Assembly: GCA_050084985.1 (NCBI GenBank)
Contig: JBITNC010000002.1
Coordinates: 38,192,001 to 38,256,000, forward strand
Direction: 5' to 3'
DNA: 64,000 nt
DNA from: Nageia nagi
Taxonomy: Eukaryota > Plantae > Pinophyta
Part shown: one piece after another, positions 40,680-54,110 of the stretch
How positions within the stretch are numbered: position 1 is the first letter of the stretch
How the letters are laid out: each line of letters starts with the position of its first letter
Made by a program: the position numbers and the translations under genes
The notes under the pieces: model-generated
What the model was told of the DNA's origin: nothing
The model's input: only the letters and a program-made list of their open reading frames with translations
Databases searched by the model: none

Positions 40680-43600
40680 CAGGCATTTTTGTATATCTTA
40701 GGTGATGTGCCTATCATCCATTGCAGATCTGCAGCTGATCGATTGCAGGCATTGAGAGCAAAGAAAAACTTTTCTTTTGCATAAAAAATTTATTTGGATG
40801 CCGACCTCACTCAACTCCAAATAGAAGAGCTTCGGAAAGCTTGAACTTTGGTAGTCACAATCAGAGGAGATAACAAATAGGCTGTTATCCGTGACTGCAA
40901 GGCAGTCATTCATTATACCCCCCTCCAGGCTAGTCACATCCTGAACCTTCTTGATGACACCAACAGGATGCCCTTACAGTGCTCACTTTTGTTGTTTGGA
41001 ACTGTAATGATATGATCTGGTCTTCTCCTGGATCAGTCTGTGACATCATCCATCACATAGATTTGATTATATTTACTGATACATATGAGAGAGATGTTAA
41101 GGGCTTCCCCCCTTCATAGGTTACACTTGGATTTCTGCCTTCAATCCCTTCGCCAGGTTAGGTAGCTATGAGCATGCCATAGGGGGGTGTAGGCTTCTTG
41201 GTGAGCGACTATTTGTTTCCTAGGTTACGAGCCGGAGGCATTGATACCTAACACATTACACTTGGATTTCCATTACAAAACACCCACCTCTTCCGAGGAT
41301 ATACATAGCAAGATGCTATTTTCCACCAGCATCATTGAGCTATGCTTTAGAAGGAGATGCAGAATCTTTGTTCTTGAATTTTTACGCTAAGATCTCTAGA
41401 TACATAATGCAAAAGGATATCACATTGGTAGGTGACTTCAATGGTAGGAAATGGAGTCTTCAAACATGGTACTTTGATGAGTGGGTTGATCCTTTTCACC
41501 TTTGTGCCTTGGAGCATGAAGGCGAGCTCCAACAAGCATTTAATAATACTATGCCTACCTCACAAGAAATTCCTTCTTGAGTTTGGTGAAACCCGTGACC
41601 TCGTCATCGTGAATGGCATTGCTTGGTTCCCCCATCCCAACACCATACTTATTTTCCACATGCAGGTGGATCTAGTGTTGTTGACTACATCCTCGTTAGC
41701 CCCTCAGTTGTCTTCCACTGCCAAACCCTTCTTATTGCCCCTTGTCTCCCCTTTGTTGAGCACATCCACTTGACCCTCTCCCTCCTAGATTCACCTTCCC
41801 CCCTACAACCCACTATCCCACCCCACACCCTCCTCGTACAATCATCTACTTTGGCTGAGCTCTTTCCCCCTTCTATAGCCTTTCCCTGAAACAAACACTT
41901 CCTCGCATGCCCCCTTTCACATCTATCGATGATCAGGAGCTTTTCCTTCCCAAGACTCTTCATTCCATAGCCAAAAGACAAGAGATCATATCAACCCTCC
42001 ACCATAACCCTAAGTCTTTTTGGCACTCCTTACCCAAAAGACACAACATTAGCCACATCACCCTTCAGGATTGAAGCATTTACAACTCTCGACTCTACAT
42101 CGATCCCAACCGTATCCCTTCCATCGTCATCTCTTGCCCATCCTCTTAATACTTCTTCCCCCCACCTCATCCACAAAGCTATCCTTAAGCTTAGCTACGA
42201 AAAAGTGCTTAACATCAAAAAACTCCAAGCCGAATACCTCAAACATGCCAATTCCACCCTCCCTCCATTCTCTCTCATCTCTTTAACACCATCATTTGCA
42301 CTGGCTTCTCCATCCCTAGACCTCAAACATTATCCAACCCATCCTCAAAGTCGGTGACCCTTGTGAACTGAGCAATTGTCGCACCATCATGATTGGACAC
42401 ACCCTAGCCAAGCTCAATGCCACCATTCTTGGGTACTACATATCACAATTGTCACATGTTAGAGGCTTCAAGGTAGGAGGATAGGCAAGTTTTCACAAAG
42501 ACTACTTCACCACTGACCACATTCTCACCCTACGAGCAATCATTAAGGAGGTCAAGTTTTGGAAGTCCCAATTTTTAGCTATTTTGTGGACTTCAGGAAG
42601 GCTTTTGACACACTAACTCATGGACAAACTTGGACAATTGAGGATTCTTAAGTTTGGCCTTATAGCAAATTTGACTATTTACAAGTCCTTAGCAGGTCAG
42701 GTTCATGTTGTTGAGGGTCTCTCTAACAGCATTGGATGAAGCAAGGTTGCCTTCTCTTCCCAACTTTCTTTGGTCTCTACATTGACAAGTTGGAGTCATT
42801 TATATTAGAGACCACATGCCCCAAGGCAAGGTACCTCCTCCACGGTAGTCGAATCCCCATCCTCCTCTTCGTCAATGATATTGTCTTACTCACACGTGGC
42901 AATGCTTGATGGCTACCCTAGACTTGTTTAGCGCATGAAAGGATTTAGAGGTTAATCTCAATAAAATCAAAGTTGTGTCCTTCAATATATCAAAGGCCAC
43001 TGCTAACCAAAATCATATTAGATACCAAGGCAGGGTTATTGAGATTACAACCTCCTACACTTATCTGAGAGTACTCTTCATTGCTCCTCGATTCTCGATG
43101 AGGACAACAACCCCATCCAAAGTTCGTCGAGGATATGCAGCAATTTCCTCCCTTAAGAGATAATGTGTCCAGCTCCACTTCCAAAACATTCCACACTTTG
43201 GTCACCCCCACAATGCTTTATGGTGTCAAGGTTTGGGGCCCCAGTTTGAGGAACTCAAATTGTACCACAATTGAGAAGATCCTAGTTGGCACATTGTCTT
43301 GCTCCATTCGGATCAAGAGGACTATTCCACATCACATCATATTGATTGAGTTTGGTTGCCTCTAAAGGTGTGCTCCCTTGCAGCTTTGGTTCTTTTTCTC
43401 CATCATCTCCACAACCTTGCATCTGCTAGAAGAGGTGTAAATCAATCCAATATAGAGCTTTAGCGTCATTGATGGACTTGGCAATATAAGAGTGTCGTTA
43501 GCGTTAGTTCATCGAGGTCACTGAGGCATTATAGAGCTTCAATTTTTCCCACGACCAACTACCTATACCTTAGGGAGACCCACATAGAGACTTAGTTGAC

Positions 43601-44335
43601 ACATAGACATCGATCAAAGACACGATTTACAAGGTGTATATTCAGTACACCGGTTGCTCCCAGCATCCCCTCATACCCAAGTTGTTGAAATACTCCCATC
43701 ACTTCCTACAAATTATCAAAGGTTGATACTCCCCCTTGATACTCAATTTAGGCCTCATTGGCTTGAGGATGTTCCTTGGATAGTTCAGAGTGTTCTCCCA
43801 CCAGCTACAAATTAAGATTGATCACCATTTAGCACGTGACCTACTGTGCTCGCTAGAGTCAAAGACTGAGGACCATTTCATCTTCATCTCAAAGAGGCAT
43901 TCCTTCTCAAGAAATGTCTCTTATCCGACAAGTGATTGCCTAATTACTTCATTCTTTCAAGCTTCATCAAGGGAGGAAGCTCATAAGAGGAGACACAACC
44001 CTCTTTCGCCTACTCGATGCACCAAATAGCAAGTTTGTATTGACCCTATTCCTTTGAGATCCCCGTGGATCAAATCCTTCTTTAGCTCCAACAATGTTGA
44101 TGCGATCACTATTACCACAGCCCAAGGGGAACCCAACCAGGTTGTTCAAATGAGTCCTCCCCCCAACTGATCTTGACTATTTTGTTTAGCCCCTCTATTG
44201 TACTTCTCTATGGTATTTGTTAGTTTGTTTCTAGTGAGGGTCCTCTAGGGCCTCACATGTTGCTTTATACATTTGTACCTCACAATCCCATTGACCACTT
44301 TTGGTTACCCACGGACATTAATATATTTTCATGCT
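40680..44335 (+). mobile_element. Decayed non-L1 LINE (RTE/RTEX/L2-like): ORF1 tail + APE endonuclease + RT, antisense in an ABC1K2 intron
   Basis: DADLTQLQIEELRK (ORF1 end); VWNCN, CYFPP, LVGDFNGR, GSSVVDYILVS (endonuclease); PILKVGDP..SNCRTI, TTDHILTLRAII, FVDFRKAFD, KQGCLL.PTFFGLYID, LLFVNDIVL, VNLNKIKV, SYTYL (RT); many stops and frameshifts. Confidence 0.88.
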
Positions 44336-44855
44336 TTCTTCTCAACGAAGTTGGTCTACTCCCTATTGAAAGCAAGGCTCTAAGACAATATATTTAGTAT
44401 ACAATTATAGACTAGCAAAGTTAGATCATCATTGGCTAGCTGTAATCACCCAACAAACTTGCCTGACCCATCAACATCTTAAAAGAGTCTAACTAAAAGA
44501 CTATAATAAGTGGCTTGATTTTTGGGGCATACACAACAATATAAACCCTTCAAATAATGGCAAATTAAAATTGCAAATTGCAAATAAAATAATTGAAAAA
44601 AATTAGAACAATGTAAATATTTAAAATAAAAGAAAACTAACCTACTGTAAAAACATCATCAGCCGAAAACTAGAACATCCATCCTAAACACATAAGAGTC
44701 TCAAAAAAGAAACTTATGATTGCAAAATTAAGAACTAATTTACATGAACTGCATTTTGTGTGTAATGTAGATCTATATCCTAGGATATATATTAAAATCT
44801 AAGATTTTGTATGTAATGTAGGACTCCATCTTTAGTCTTAATTTCATCACGTACA

Positions 44856-44941
44856 CGTGCATGTCGGCAAGACCAAAAATTTATGTGCATGTCAGCAAGA
44901 CCAAAAATTTATGTGCATGTCAGCAAGACCAAAAATTTATG
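44856..44941. repeat. 28-bp tandem repeat x3
   Basis: gtgcatgtcagcaagaccaaaaatttat. Confidence 0.9.
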
Positions 44942-45565
44942 CGAAAAGCATTGCGATGCTACATATAAGTCTGCGACATCTAGTTCACATAATTGAGTTT
45001 TTGCGGGATGCAATTATTGGTTGGAGCCGGAGGTGATACATCCACAAGAGGCATTAGAAATGTTTGTCTTTTCCAACTTCTTTCTTGGATATAACATTCT
45101 CTTTATTTGAGGATTACTCATGAGGGCTAGAAAATTCACCAAATGAAATGTTAAATATTTTATGTTGCTTGTACATCATCTCTGCAAGATACTTAAAAGC
45201 AAAGAACAGAACATGACCCATAAACAGGTTTAACGAAACTCCATTCATCTTTTTCCAGTACCCTTTTACACAACCATTTATTCAAAAACAATCCATATAT
45301 TTCTTTCCCTTTCATATTCTATTATTTGTTTAATTCAAATGCATTATAAATCTGCCTTTATATATTTGCAAGAGACTTGTATAATTTATATCGTAAGTGT
45401 CCTTTTTGGTCTTGTAATCTCTTCAAGTAAAGCCAACCTTTGGTTACTTACAGTAAACCCTACCTTAAGAGTATAACAATAGGCATACTAAACATTTGAT
45501 ACATGAATATAGTCCTCATGTCTCTTGTATAGGTCTTTGCATAATTCCTATATTCCTAGACATAC

Positions 45566-45638
45566 CTGTGCAGTGACTGTCGAAGAGGTTGCCACAGCTT
45601 GTCAGATGCCTTCGGAGCCAGACAGCCGCATTCCTCAT
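45566..45638 (-). CDS. ABC1K2: Probable first coding segment of ABC1K2 (MRNAAVWLRRHLTSCGNLFDSHCT, targeting-peptide-like); exon probably 45566-45719
   Basis: Strong donor CAG|gtatgt, acceptor tttttgtag| at 45720, GC-richer island, Arg-rich N-terminus; located upstream of the conserved exon. Confidence 0.6.
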
Positions 45639-46131
45639 GACCTACGATTTCCAAAAGGCAATATATCTTCCTAAATTCTCGTGCAGCATTTGTAAAGCCA
45701 GTATATCCAAAACCTTTTTCTACAAAAATGTAGCAAAGAATTTACTCCAGGCCAAGAACTTAAGCCGAACTTGCTCTTCAATACAAATTTAATGCAGGTC
45801 TATGAAGTTATAAACCCTCGCACGTCAAAAGCTACGAAAAATCGTCTCTAGTTTGCAAATTTCAAGAATGCCTCTTGCAAAATGAAAATATATTGAAATT
45901 AACACTTCCCGCTAAACCATCACCAACAGCTAAAAACTATGTTATCTGTACTGCGAAATTTAACCGATTTTTGAATTCAAGTTCAAAATCAAGATCCTCC
46001 TCCTACATGACAAGAACAGCGCCAAAATCAAACAAATGATCAAATAAATACATTTTCCTTTTTCTTCAACTTCTGAAAAACATAGAAAGAAAGAAAAAGC
46101 TTCTCAGGTAGGAAAGACATTCTTAGCTCAC

Positions 46132-46300
46132 CATTTCTCCAGAAGAAATTGAAATTGAAGACATTATTAGCGGTGGATATGACAAATCTGATTCTGCATT
46201 TTCAATCCACTGTAAATTCTTGTCCAGAAAAAGCGAATTTTATACAAGATACGCAAAAAATCGGAGGCAGGGGTTCATGAGCTATCAAACTGTTTTCCCT
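46132..46300 (-). other. Probable 5' UTR exon of ABC1K2 (TSS approximate)
   Basis: Donor ATG|gtgagc at 46131 followed by a U-rich intron; CpG-containing region suggests low methylation. Confidence 0.5.
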
Positions 46301-46376
46301 CTTCTACAGTTGCTAGGAAATTGCCTTTGGTCATTTTACGAACCTCGTATGAGAGATTACTTGCTTATATTGGTTT

Positions 46377-46385
46377 CCACGTGGC
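46377..46385. promoter_or_regulatory. G-box/ABRE-type element (GCCACGTGG on minus) in the putative ABC1K2 promoter
   Basis: ccacgtggc just upstream of the inferred first exon, with a GCCACG half site at 46395. Confidence 0.45.
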
Positions 46386-49300
46386 CTCCAATCTGCCACG
46401 ATCCATTCGAACAAATGTTTTTTTTTTTCAATTATGGAAGTCAATCTTTTGCGACAAAATTTTTACTTCAGAATTTATCGGTGGTGTATTTTCCATCGAA
46501 GTCATTTAATATTTGCATTCTTTCAATAGTTTTAATTTTCAAGTAGAAGTATCTTTTTCATCAAAGTTATCTAAAATTTACATCGCATATACTATGATTC
46601 AATAGGATTATTTTTCATGATCTTTTACACTTTAAAAGTAAAAAAGTTTGAACATGAAACTTATTCTTAAAAGATTTCAAAACTTTCTCTACTCTCCATC
46701 TAACGTTGACTCACATATATTATAAGTTTTTGTTAAGTTTATTTCATTTTTAAATATATGGTATATACAGTTTAAATTTGATAATTTGAAAGTAGATCCT
46801 CAAATATTTGTAATTTCTTTATATGCTTGTAATTCTTTTCTTCTTCTTTCCAACGATACCAAAATTTGTTACCATATGTGAAAGATATTGTCCTCCAAAG
46901 TCGTAAAATCAAAGGATAAATAAATAAATCAATATATAAAAAGCATTTAAAATGTTGTCACCATTCCAAATTAGGTGGGAGGTATCACGTGCCACATAGG
47001 CATCCGAGTAGGCAACCACATCAGCAAGCACCCATATGATCTTATGATGATCTCACTCTTGAGAAATGTGCCCATAATAGGCGCACATGGGACACATGGA
47101 GTGTGTGGAGCCTCATGTGGAGTAGTTGCACCAATTTGCAAGCCACGTGGGGTATATAGGTAGATAACAACAACATAGAGCAGAGTGGAAGTCAATAGAT
47201 CGTGTGGAGGTTAGCAACCTTGGAATTTGATAGGGAAATAAACATTTTTTTTATTTTGTAAACATTTTTTAACGCTCAAATTAATAAATTTTAATACATC
47301 AAGGTTGATGCCCATTCAAAATATGAAATTGTAATTTTAACGTTTAAAGTAAAAAAAATATTAAAACATCATATATATATATCCAATGGTTCACTCATCA
47401 AGGTCCAAAAGTATGTACATAATCCTCACCTACTATCCATGATCTGACAATTATCATTTGCATAATCAAATTGGCATTAATTCCATGCAAACTGGCTCAT
47501 CAATGTTGGACCATTGGAAGATGCACTTATTATAATCAACCCTTGCTTAGACATGGAAATTTGCAATTGCAAATTGAGGCCATGGAGTCTTGTTGTGGAT
47601 CTATGGTGGAAACTGTTGGAATGTATAATGCATTATTGTAAAGGTTATGTAATAATCTTCCTTGTAAGTTCACTAATGCTTAAAGGTGTCATTTGATACA
47701 TTAAGTATTTAAGTGAATATGAAAATGTAACTTGTCCTACACTCTATGTCATGAGCATGCCCCTTGGGTAAAAGGATGTGTATAAATAGAAGGATTTTAG
47801 ATAAAAGTGTGATCCAAAGAGGGATTTTGGCCTATAAATAGAAGGCTCCCTCTTTGTGATTATATGCCAATTATCGAGTAGAGTTATGCTATAGGATAGT
47901 GGTTAAGAGAAAAGATTGGGAGGATTCTAAGAGAGTTGTATTTGTAATTGAAGTTAAGATCTAGTTAGTGGATGTACTCCTAGTTGAAAACACCACTTAC
48001 ATCTTGTGTCACTTTGTGAGATTGCTTTGTGTGTTAATTAGATGTGAATTGAGAGCTTTCATGTGATCTTAGGAGTTTAGAATTTTCTTGTTATAGTTCA
48101 ATTCTCTCATTTGGTTACTAGAGCAGGTGTGAAAGCTCTTATTCTTGGTGTGGAAGCTCTTCTTCAATATTTTTGGAGGTTCTTCATTCATAGTCATCTT
48201 CTTTAAAGGTTTACTCTTCTTGTTTGGGGTAAAACAATTTAGAGGTATAACCCTCTATTTTTTGTTTATTTTTACTAACATTCTTTTATGATTATATTTG
48301 TTCAACCCCTAGAAAATATTGTCTCACTAACATAATATATTATTGATCATTTTTGTTTATTCTACTAACAATCTTTTATGTTAAGTAATTGGGCAATAAT
48401 ATATTATGGTCAAAATAATAATTTTTTATATTAACCTCTTATGTAGTTGCAATTTTTTTTCAAACTTAATTAATACTTTAATATATATTTACTATTTAAG
48501 AGGATGGTATACTTTTTTTGTTCAAAAACATACTATATCTTTAATAAATGAGATTTTTTTTTGCACTCTTAAAACTATTATTAAAAAAAAAAAATAGGAG
48601 AGAGATTGTATTTATATATATATACTTTTTATTACACTAAGATTGTGTAGAAATAGTAAAGAAAGGTTGCATTACAAATATATATATATATATATATATA
48701 GTATGTCTTTCAAAATTTTATTACACTTAGAACATAGTATTCTTTTAACAAAGGATATTTTTTTTAGAAACAAATATAGAAGATATTTTTTAATAGACAA
48801 AACATATATATATATATATACAATAAAAGGAGGAAAATTTTCTTTTGAAATATAAAAAAAATTGAATTGTTTGTAAGAATTTCTTTGAAGAGTTAATTTT
48901 TGGGTAGCCTCCTTTCATCATTTGCTATGTCAGCGGCCATCCTCCTCCCTACTCTCCACGGTGGCCCTCACGCTCCATGGCCTCTCTAACCGCACCTCCA
49001 CATGGCCCCTCTTCATGGGCAACCGACCTCTTCCCTTGCGGTTCAACGACCGCCTCTGCTCATGGGCACCTGCCTCTATCTCGTGCATCCTCACTGGGAT
49101 TTTTTTGGGGGGGTCAATTAATATTCCACGAACTCAACCCATCTCCTACATGCAGCCACTCTTCTATCCGCTGCCTCCTCTGCTTAGACCACCATGACCT
49201 TCTGTCCGCCATCTCCTTTACTTAGACCACCATGGCCTTCTGTCTACCACCTCCTCTACTCTACCCTGCATCACCCCTCGACCACCGTGACCTGCTGTCA

Positions 49301-52300
49301 CCCATCAATCCCACTGACCTCTTTACTCACATGGCGTCCTCTACATGACCTCCTTTGTGATTCCTCCCTTGCATGACATTTTTAATCTTTATCTCCTTTG
49401 AAACGTTAAATGCCTCCCTTATTTTCTTACTTACTGTCACTCCCTTTATGATATTTTTTTGTAAGTATCATTTTTTTTCTTCTTTGCTTAATAAACAAGT
49501 TTATTATGATGAGCTTCTTAAATTCGTGGAGTATGAAAACAAACTCCATTAAATGTTCGTGCAAAGAAACTTTTTTTTTTCTCCTTTTTGGTAAAAGGAA
49601 GAGGTGGTCATCATTATTTTTACCTAAAAAATATTTATTTTTTCTCTGACTTGGAGTATTTCCTTAAACTACTTGGAGTGCTAGGATGAGCATAATAAAT
49701 ACTTGTTTAAAAGGAGAAAATCATTATGAAGTATAAAATATCTAAAGCATTTTATTTTTAATGCCTATAATTAAATTATCCAAGCATTTTTTTAGTTTGG
49801 CATTAATTGTTTTTAGTATCTATTAAAGATGCTAAGGCAAATTCTTAGCATTTCTACTTTCCTTAGTTAAAATTATTTTCTAAGGTTAAAATACAAATTC
49901 TTTGCTAAATGTTATTTTCTCAAGGATCATGATTTTAAGTAAAAAGAGGAAATTTTTTTTGAAATTTTTTAATTAAATCTTTAGATCCTTATGCAAACAT
50001 GATATGTCTATTGCTTGAGTTAATGATACATGTTTAGGACTTAAATTTTTAAGTTAATAATGCATGCTTAAGGATTTAATTTTTTTAAGTTAATGCTTAA
50101 GACTTAAAAGTTATTTAAGATGCATGCTTATGCTTAAATGATGCATGTTTAGTACTTAAAAGTTTAAGTTAATAATGCATGTGTTAGAACTTAATTTTTT
50201 ATGCATGCTTATACCTAAGTATTTATCCTTTATGCAAAGTTAACTTATGGAATTAATGAATGCTTAAGTATTAACCATTTCTTCTTACAAAGTTAACTTA
50301 TGCAAATTATGAATCTTTGTAAAGATGTCATTTAGAAGTTAGTAAACAAAACTTATTGGACTCTTAGATTTCAAATTGCAAATAGATGATTTTTTTACTT
50401 ATGCTCTTTTATTTCATGTTTTGCATTTTGATTTATTTGCTTATGCAATCAAAATGCAAATATTGATATGAGCAACCCTTTAAAATGAACACATCTACAT
50501 GTACATTCTGTAACATGACTTGTTTGGGGAGCCATAAGGTGAGGATAGGCAGACTGAAGCCTTTAAGTCCAATGATCCAAATGGTAAAAAGTTCATACTT
50601 CTCAATTGCCCTTAAATCTTTTATTGGTCTGGATTTAACTTCAATAGGTGGACAGGTATGTGTGTAGTGATACCACATATCCGCACATCCATTTAAGGAT
50701 TATCCTGATAACCTAAGAGGACAACTTGAAACCTAATCAAGATTAATAATTTGGTCAATCCAATAAATATTAAAATCTTAGAAAATAGCTAGTACTTCTT
50801 CTTATGAGAGTATATTGCTACCCAAAAGGAACTGATTAAGGATTGGTAGTACTTAGGCTCCTCTTATATGGGCATCCATGTGAAGACCTAATTTTAGATA
50901 AGAAAATAAGCCTCAATAATGTCACTCTACATCTATGATTCTTGAGATGAGAAATGTATTTGGGTACATGGATTATTTGAGTTGTAAAACATTTGCACTT
51001 GTGAATCAAATCATGCATATCTTTTATGTTAAAATTAACATCTATTTTTTACTTGGTTAAAACTTAACATTTAATATTATTTATTAAACCACATGCTTAT
51101 TATTTCACATTCTTTTGTAGTAAATAAGAGACTCCTTTTAACCCAAACACATTCTTGATGGTTCTAACTTTGGAATTTGAGAACTATAGATGAGAGCTGA
51201 ATTACAGGAAAGAAAGCTTTGGTAAACAGTGAATGAGAACCTTATACCTCCTACATATGAGAAGGCACCAGAGGCTTACAACACAAAGAATGAGTTGGCA
51301 ACCTCCATGATTTACCACGCAATTTTAGATAATGTGCTCTTGATGATTTTCACTTCAACCTCAGTAAAAGAAGCTTAGGATAAGTTTAAGCAAATCTACC
51401 TTGGTTCAAACTTTTCAAGAAGGTTTACCATTCTTTAAAAGTTACTTCAATCTTATCAAGGGGAAGATGAAAATGTGGCTATCTACTTGAATGAAATCAT
51501 TGACCTAAGGACCAAACTTATTGCTTATGGGTGCAATTGGATCAATGATGAGTTCATGATCTTCATTATTATTCAAAGCCTTTCTTCAAAGTTTGAAAAC
51601 TTTATGATGGTTATGGAAATAAAGCTTAATGATGAAGAAATCCTCTCCTTTGAGAACCTTTCTAGGCACCTATTGAAGCATGAGGAAACCTTTAAAAATA
51701 AGACGATGATTTTTTCTTCTAAGAATAATAATGTTACTCTTGGAGTAACCAAAACTTCTTTCAAGAAGAAATTCAACCATCAAAAGAAATCTTATCTTTC
51801 TTTCTTCAAAAGGTTTGAGAAAAGAGGTAATGGCTACAATAGCAGCAGAAATAACAACCACAACAGTAGAAACAATGGTAATAACAACCACTTCAATAAA
51901 GAGATGAAAAAGGTAAAGCAAACATTCCTTATCTTAAAGAAAAGTTTGATGGTAATTGTAACTATTATGGCATCCAAGGTCATAAAGAAGTTGATTGTTA
52001 TAAAAAGAAAAGAAAAAAAAGTTTAAAGGCAATGGAAATGTAAAGAACTATAAAAAAAGTAGAATATTCATGTTGGTTTTGTTGTCATGCTCTACTCTAT
52101 GTCTCACTCTTTTTTATCCGAATGGATTGTTGATTCTAGTTGCACTAATCATCTATGCTTTGAAAAAGAAAAGTTTAAGAACTTTCATAAGTATAGAAAA
52201 GATACTACTGTGATAGTTAATAAATTTACCCTTAAAGTCTAAGGAATTGGAAGTGTGTTGATTCATAGAAAGATTCTTGATAATGTTTTTTATGTTCCTA

Positions 52301-53719
52301 AATTAAGGATGAATTTTCTCTCCATAATCCAAATTGCTAGAAAAAGCTACTCTTTTGAGTTTGACTCTTAATCTTGGTGTATTAAGAAAAGACTTACCAT
52401 GTTGGTTAAAGGATCTTTGAAACATAACCTCTACATTATGGATCTGTTAGAATTTGTAATGAAATATTATGAATATCTAAACTCCTTGTAAATTCAATTA
52501 ATCACTTAAAGGATATTTAGATACCTTAAGGGATTAATTGAATTCTTTATTATGTAAACTTTGACCTTACCATGTGGTTAGTTGGTAGGTTAAAGTTAGG
52601 TAATACATTTATTGTAACCCTAACCTTACCCTTGGGTTAAAGGGAGGTTAAGGAGGTGCTCTCATGCTATAAATAGAGGGCCTCTCCTCTTGTAACATAA
52701 CTAAGATTTTGGAGTAAGATTACTCTACTAGTTTATGTAGAAGAGAAAGGAATTGTTGTAAGAGGGTGCATAGTTTGAGAATTGAGATTTAGTTGTGGAT
52801 GTACTCCCAAGGAGGGAGGAACCACATTATATTTGTGTTATCTTGTGTGAATGGTGTTATTAGCTTGTAGATGTTGAATGATTGAGTTTCCTATAGTCTT
52901 GGACCTTGAAGATTAGTCTAGATCTAATTCCTTCAATTGGTATCAGAGCTTGGTGTGAAAGCTCTTCTTTTTGGTGTGGAAGCTCTTATTCCTTCAATTT
53001 TAAGGTCTTGGTGAGGTAAATTCAAGAGAAGGTATAACCTCCTTCATATAATCTCCTTCATTTTTTTATTTTTGGCTTATGTCACTAATGATACTAACAT
53101 ATTTTGAGTCTTGTGTTAGTTAATTTATTTTGCAAAAAAAAGGGCTAAAAATAGAAATATAATGCTTTTAATTATACTAACCTCTAGTGAGCATGATGTT
53201 AATTTTTTTTTAAAGAGATTAGTATATAAAAAATTGCAATATTTCTTTATGCCATTTATTGTTGAATTAAAGAGGCAGCTCTCAATTTTTATACTTTTAT
53301 TCAAAGTTTGAAATTTTTTTCATTGTTGAGAGCAATATTTTTTTAATACATATAAAAAAAACAAAACTTGTAGCCTTAGCACCACTGCCTCTCGTAGGTG
53401 CTCTTGTAGACTCATGGCCCTTATAGCTCGATTGCACCTACCACATCGTGACCTCCTCCACACCATCGCCTTGTAGCCTCCTAGCTACTCTTATCATCTC
53501 ATGACTTGTTACTGCATAACCTCCCCCCTGCCCCTCTCATGGCACCCATGACCCTGTTTCCACCCTCGCTCTGCATGTCAGCTCCTCCTCCTTGCACCGC
53601 CAGGCATCTCCTACCTTGCTTTACCCTATTAGCTCCTCACCTCAACCTCTCGTTATCTCCTCTATGCATGGTTGGTACTCGTGGTTGCCACAATAAACAT
53701 GTTTTACTCAGGAATAAAC

Positions 53720-54110
53720 ACATACGATAGATAAAATCTTGCCCACCTTCAGTAGGATGAGTCCCTTTGCATAGCATCCGCTATTTGCTGCTCACCCTAT
53801 CTTAAATCCTTAGATTGCACATTTTTCCACCACACCTTCGATTTTATCTGCTAGACTCGGATGCTTCTCTACTGCTAATCACGTGGCTATTGTCAAGAGT
53901 GCATCCAGCAAAAAAAAAATTGAAAGCATTTGGGAGAGTTGTAAGTATCCTCGGCCAGAGTTGGTGGCATGGCAGAAGGAGCTTGCCAACACTGTGCAAC
54001 TCATAGGAACTATAGGAAAGCCCGTTGAAACGAAATACACTCAAGATGGGAAGCCCTTTGCATGCGCTAATATTGCTTTTAAACCTTCCAAATCACATGA
54101 AACCACCTAG
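53720..54110 (+). pseudogene. Captured fragment of an OSB-type organellar single-stranded DNA-binding protein gene
   Basis: YPRPELVAWQKELANTVQLIGTIGKPVETKYTQDGKPFACANIAFKPSKSHETT(W>stop) matches the plant OSB pattern PRP.....KEL.N.V.LIG.VG.P...K....GK........TTW; preceded in frame by a Ser/Thr/Arg-rich transit-peptide-like stretch. Confidence 0.75.

Noticed and set aside
46520-47350. Extra G-boxes (46986, 47144) as ABC1K2 promoter elements
   Set aside because: They lie in sequence that looks like a decayed non-autonomous DNA transposon whose ends I could not define; function unsupported.
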